From NCBI GenBank assembly GCA_964389655.1, contig CAYMED010000015.1, positions 1 through 63,211 of the forward strand: a stretch of 63,211 nucleotides of DNA, written 5' to 3'. This document shows positions 59,189 through 63,211 of this stretch, piece after piece. The DNA is from an uncultured Candidatus Poseidoniales archaeon. GTDB lineage: Archaea; Thermoplasmatota; Poseidoniia; Poseidoniales; CAYMED01. The notes below the pieces were generated by a model. The model ran no database searches, was not told the origin of the DNA, and saw only the letters and a program-made list of their open reading frames with translations. A program made the position numbers and the translations under genes. Each line of letters begins with the position of its first letter. The stretch's first letter is position 1.

Positions 59189-59782
59189 TCATTCATCCTC
59201 GTGGCCTTCTGAAACGAGTTTTCCGGCACATACTGGGCACGGGTCACCTAGTGAGAGGTGTGCTGGGACGACCGCTAATATGGAGAAACAGTGTGGGCAC
59301 CGGGCTAGAACCTCATCCATGCTGACATTTAGCTGACTATTTGCACCCATATCCACACCATGGATCAGCCTTTCATCACTCACAATTCTCGATAGTCTCG
59401 TCATATGTATGGCGAAAATCACTGCAATAACTCCCATTAGAAAACCGCCGGGCTGCCCAGTTACAAGATTTGTTATTGCCCAAAGAGCATATGTGCTTGC
59501 TAAACCAAGAACTGCAAACGGAGCTAGGTCAAATGCCCACCTTGCCTTAGCACGATAGCCAAACCACCATATGGGTAGGCCGATAAAGCAGGCCGCAATT
59601 AGAGCATATGACAGGAGGCGCGCCCCCGAACCGTACAACTCAGTTGCCCACTGGGTGCATACTAGGGCCACTAATATGATCCCTAGAGCAGTTTGAGTGA
59701 GTATTCTACGATGGGCATCATCCAGCAGCGCCTGTGTTGGCGCATTGCTCCCTAGTTCGACCCACTCTTCGCTGCGATCCAT
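59189..59782 (-). CDS. 4-TM membrane protein with C-terminal Zn ribbon
   Basis: Four hydrophobic segments; CPHC..CPVC. Confidence 0.75.
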   Translation of the reverse strand: MDRSEEWVELGSNAPTQALLDDAHRRILTQTALGIILVALVCTQWATELYGSGARLLSYALIAACFIGLPIWWFGYRAKARWAFDLAPFAVLGLASTYALWAITNLVTGQPGGFLMGVIAVIFAIHMTRLSRIVSDERLIHGVDMGANSQLNVSMDEVLARCPHCFSILAVVPAHLSLGDPCPVCAGKLVSEGHEDE

Positions 59783-59830
59783 ACGATCCGATCACGGCAT
59801 TCTTGATGAGATGCGCGCCCATCCGCAATT

Positions 59831-61036
59831 GTGGATCGGAGCGGGGACAGGGGCGTCGCGACGAAATCGTCGACATTGAGCAACTGCCGAATCGCATTTG
59901 CAATTACAGGGGGTATTGCCGCAGTTGACTCAATTCGAATAGGGCGTGAGCTTAGAAGACACGGTGCAGCGATAATTCCAATGATGACTGAAGCCGCACA
60001 ACGAATTGTTACTTCACGCGCAGTAGAGTGGGGGCTCAATGAAATTCCAATAACCACATTTGAAAGCGGGATGGAGCAACTGGATCATTTCGACGCAGTT
60101 TTGGTTGCTCCATGTACTCGAAACACACTAGCAAAAATACGGACTGGTATCGTAGACCACCCATTACTCATGTCAATCATTTCAGCGCGTACGGTTGGCA
60201 GTCCAGTCCTTCTAGTGCCTTCAATGCACGATCATCTTGCTGAGAATGAGGAAACACTTGCCCTATGCCAAGACCTTCAGGAAACTGGCCTGAATATCTT
60301 GTGGGGCCCACATGAGGAGGGGCGGCGAAAGCAGCCATCTCCCGAGCGGATTGTTGGACAATTATGCAATTTAATTTCGGCAAAAAAGAGAGTGTCAAAA
60401 AATATTGCAATTACAGTGGGGGGGACTCGTTCAGCCATAGATGCCGTTCGATATATTGGTAATTCTTCAACCGGCAGAACAGGCTGGGACATTGCAGACT
60501 TTTTGTATCGCGAAGGACATCAGGTCAAAGTTGTTGAGGGGATGGTTGAGGCCTTGAGACCAGATATTCCTCTTGACGTGACTTCATGCCATAACCCAGA
60601 AAGTATGCTTTCGGCTATGATTGAATTAGCTCAAAGTGGAACTCCCCCGGAAGTGTGGATTCACGCTGCAGCGATTCTCGATTTTTTGCCCGAAATAGAA
60701 GTTGATGGGAAACTTGAGAGTAATGCTGGTCCCCCGGTCATCAATCTAATTTCTTCTCCAAAGCTTATCGATGAGTTGTCGCCTTTTCTCAAAGATGATG
60801 TATTGCGGATTGGATTTAAATTGGGAGCAAGAGTATCGCCTGAAGAAATCCAAAGAATTGCTAGGAAAAGAATCTCCTCGAAAACACTAGACGCAGTCAT
60901 AGCGAATAGGGTGGAGGATCTCAATTCACAGGGAGTGCGTGGTTGGTGGATTTCAGAGGAGGATGGTGTTGAAGAACTTGCAAATGCCGATGCATTGAAC
61001 TGCCGTATATTATCGTCAATCGATGAGAGGTGGTGA
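59831..61036 (+). CDS. coaBC: Bifunctional phosphopantothenoylcysteine decarboxylase/ligase (archaeal Dfp)
   Basis: ITGGIAA, VAPCTRNTLAK, PSMH, IDAVRYIGNSSTGRTG, AAAILDF, GFK. Confidence 0.93.
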   Translation: MDRSGDRGVATKSSTLSNCRIAFAITGGIAAVDSIRIGRELRRHGAAIIPMMTEAAQRIVTSRAVEWGLNEIPITTFESGMEQLDHFDAVLVAPCTRNTLAKIRTGIVDHPLLMSIISARTVGSPVLLVPSMHDHLAENEETLALCQDLQETGLNILWGPHEEGRRKQPSPERIVGQLCNLISAKKRVSKNIAITVGGTRSAIDAVRYIGNSSTGRTGWDIADFLYREGHQVKVVEGMVEALRPDIPLDVTSCHNPESMLSAMIELAQSGTPPEVWIHAAAILDFLPEIEVDGKLESNAGPPVINLISSPKLIDELSPFLKDDVLRIGFKLGARVSPEEIQRIARKRISSKTLDAVIANRVEDLNSQGVRGWWISEEDGVEELANADALNCRILSSIDERW

Positions 61037-61039
61037 ATT

Positions 61040-61279
61040 TTGGAGGCGACAATGGCAGGTGCATATTTGGGGATGACCCTGATCGTCGCGGCATTTTGGC
61101 TTGAAACGAGGGGCCGGATTTCAAGCCGATCACTGGGCTATTTAGGGGCCATGATGGCTGGACAATTACTTCTCGGAATCCGTGCTACAGTTACCGGCGA
61201 ATGGCCATTTGCAGTCCTTGCAGCGGTTTGGGCCGCCATTGCTTTAGCCGGAATCTTGCGCCCGGCAACTAGGGACTGA
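61040..61279 (+). CDS. Small 3-TM membrane protein
   Basis: Three hydrophobic segments; GAGGTGG before start. Confidence 0.65.
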   Translation: MEATMAGAYLGMTLIVAAFWLETRGRISSRSLGYLGAMMAGQLLLGIRATVTGEWPFAVLAAVWAAIALAGILRPATRD

Positions 61280-61287
61280 GCAGATAG

Positions 61288-62829
61288 GTGTGGAAGGTGG
61301 GCATCGTGAACAATCATGCAGCGGCAAAAAGGGGCATTCCTTCAAAGGACGATTTCAATTCATGGTATCCGTTTATTGTGGAGGCAGCGGAACTCGTTGA
61401 CAAGCGATATCCAATCAAAGGGATGGATGTTTGGCGCCCCTATGGCTGGAAAACAATGCGCCTTATCGATTCCCTAACACATTCTCAAATGGAAGCCACT
61501 GGGCATGAGGAATATCGTTTTCCTTTGTTAATCCCTGAAGCACTCTTGGACAAGGAAAATCGGCTTGTCGCTCGATTGAAGGCCGCTAGGGAGGCGGGCG
61601 TGGACCCCTCGGACCTTCGCATGGAAGAGGAACAAGCAGGCTTTGAGAACGAAGTCTATTGGGTCCGTCACGCTGGTGCAAGTCAAATTGATGAAGCTAT
61701 GTTTTTGCGTCCAACATCTGAAACTGCAATGTATACCATGTTTCCGTTATGGATTCGGAGTCATGCAGACCTACCCCTTAAAACATACCAGATGGTTAAC
61801 ACATTTCGCTATGAAACAAAGCAAACCAGATCCTTCATCAGAGTTCGCGAAATACATTTTTTTGAAGCACATACTGCTCACGAAGACGAGGCAAGCGCGT
61901 CCGAGCAGATTGAAGAGGACCTCGAGATTGTTCAGTCAATTGCAAAAGACATATGCCTCCCTGTCCTGTTAAGCAAACGCCCATTATGGGATACCTTCCC
62001 TGGTGCGTGGTACACCATTGGAGTAGATGTTGTCATGCCGAACGGGAGGACTCTACAGATTGCATCTTGCCACCACTATCGCGACCAATGGGCGCAGGCA
62101 TTCGATATACGATATGAAGACGAAAATGGAAAACAGCAATTTGTCCATCAGACCACTTATGGGATGTCTGAGCGGCTGGTTGGAGCTATTGTTGGGATGC
62201 ACGGAGATGATTCGGGGTTGATCATGCCACCTTCTATCGCTCCTATTCAAGTGATCATTATACCAATACTTTCCCGCGAGCGGGGTGAGGATGTCCTCAC
62301 CTCCTCCAAACAGGTCTCTGCCCTCTTGATGGGTCAAGGCTTACGCGTGCACATTGATGATAGAGAGATTCGCCCAGGACAGAAGTACTATGATTGGGAA
62401 ATCAAGGGGGTCCCTTTGCGCATTGAGATTGGCCCAAGGGATTTGGACTCGAATCAAGTGATGGTGGCTCGCCGGACGGGTGGGAAATCACCCATTCCCA
62501 TTGATGATTTGGCCATTTTGGTCAATGATGAATTGATGGCCGTTTCAGATGAGCTTTGGACACGCGCACGCCAGCAACTTGAGGAGTATGTACACCCCCT
62601 CCCTTCCATCAACCGTGCAGGCGATAAGTGGGAACTCTCAGCCCCCTTAATTGATGACAAAGTCTACTTTTTATTCTGGGAGGGGAGTGATGCTGATGCT
62701 GAGCGTCTTGAGCATCTTACCGGTTTGTCATTTTTGGGGACTGAAGTGGGCCATAATAAAGGCAAGGGCGTCTGTGCAGTAACTGGTAAACCGACAAGCA
62801 CTATCATCCACATGGCAAGAATGTATTGA
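61288..62829 (+). CDS. proS: Prolyl-tRNA synthetase (archaeal/eukaryotic type)
   Basis: YPIKG, LRPTSET, FRYETK, HQTTYGMSER, WEIKGVPLRIEIGPRD, C-terminal ARMY. Confidence 0.97.
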   Translation: MWKVGIVNNHAAAKRGIPSKDDFNSWYPFIVEAAELVDKRYPIKGMDVWRPYGWKTMRLIDSLTHSQMEATGHEEYRFPLLIPEALLDKENRLVARLKAAREAGVDPSDLRMEEEQAGFENEVYWVRHAGASQIDEAMFLRPTSETAMYTMFPLWIRSHADLPLKTYQMVNTFRYETKQTRSFIRVREIHFFEAHTAHEDEASASEQIEEDLEIVQSIAKDICLPVLLSKRPLWDTFPGAWYTIGVDVVMPNGRTLQIASCHHYRDQWAQAFDIRYEDENGKQQFVHQTTYGMSERLVGAIVGMHGDDSGLIMPPSIAPIQVIIIPILSRERGEDVLTSSKQVSALLMGQGLRVHIDDREIRPGQKYYDWEIKGVPLRIEIGPRDLDSNQVMVARRTGGKSPIPIDDLAILVNDELMAVSDELWTRARQQLEEYVHPLPSINRAGDKWELSAPLIDDKVYFLFWEGSDADAERLEHLTGLSFLGTEVGHNKGKGVCAVTGKPTSTIIHMARMY

Positions 62830-62847
62830 TCATGTGAGATTTGAGCA

Positions 62848-63211
62848 CTAGGGCGAATCACTGTTCAATTCGTTCCAAGCCTTTGCAGCAGATTCCAATT
62901 CTTGCTTTTTGAGGTAGTTATTACCGTCTAGGTCATAATCTACTGCAAATTTGAGGAAGTCATCTCGCTCACTGATTCCATGTGCTTCCATGACTCTAAG
63001 CAATACATCTTCTCTCCATTTATATCCATCACCCGGTGGTGGTTGGTCCGCACTTGAATCAGAGCTTCTGTCCTGGTCAATTTCTCGACTCTCGACGGAG
63101 AGAGGAGAGGTCTCATCATCATCAATTGCTGCGTTTTCATCCAAGGTCCCTGGAACATCAGCAGGAGGTGGTGGGATTTCAGAGGGTGGTGGTGGAACTT
63201 CCAGAGATGGT
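62848..63211 (-). CDS. C-terminal part of a protein with Pro/acidic linker and EF-hand-like end (5' end outside window)
   Basis: Frame stays open to the window end (PSLEVPPPPSEIPPPP..); loop DLDGNNYLKKQE. Confidence 0.75.
   Translation of the reverse strand, partial: PSLEVPPPPSEIPPPPADVPGTLDENAAIDDDETSPLSVESREIDQDRSSDSSADQPPPGDGYKWREDVLLRVMEAHGISERDDFLKFAVDYDLDGNNYLKKQELESAAKAWNELNSDSP

Noticed and set aside
59831-61036. CoaBC lacking the bacterial catalytic Cys clamp and PxMN motif
   Set aside because: PxMH and the EEG.K-type loop are the known archaeal Dfp pattern, not a defect.

Overview
A gene-dense archaeal chromosomal segment (about 55 CDS, almost no intergenic DNA). Gene content and style (archaeal exosome/proteasome superoperon, TiaS, TrmY, Tsr3, aIF5A, IPK, 1758-aa Lhr, OPT transporter, DUF835 protein, many short-leader promoters) point to Thermoplasmatota, most likely Marine Group II/Poseidoniales-like. 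That assignment is inference, as no phylogeny was run. Core blocks: histidine utilisation operon (split FTCD, hutU, hutH); PAN, MBF1, Tsr3 and aIF5A; Get3-like ATPase, SRP54 and trmY; transglutaminase, trkA and trkH; rfcL and glyS; giant Lhr; archaeosortase divergent from gmhA, gmhB and tiaS; purB and dph6; psmA, SBDS, rrp4, rrp41, rrp42, L37Ae, pcc1, pfdB and DHH; UbiD; S12, S7 and EF-2; ipk, fni and idsA; kptA; coaBC; proS. No rRNA, tRNA, CRISPR or mobile element was recognised. Most notable: (1) an actin that matches magnetosome MamK motif by motif, flanked by uncharacterised Zn-ribbon/TerB-like and membrane proteins and preceded by a TATA box overlapping a perfect palindrome (candidate cytoskeletal or positioning system); (2) a Get3/ArsA ATPase with a C-terminal alpha-crystallin domain directly upstream of SRP54; (3) a double-Zn-ribbon plus canonical EF-hand-pair protein missed by the ORF track; (4) a shared promoter-proximal GTCGCCGG element upstream of rps12, EF-2 and rrp4. 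Family calls come from recalled motifs, not database searches, and many start codons were refined by eye.
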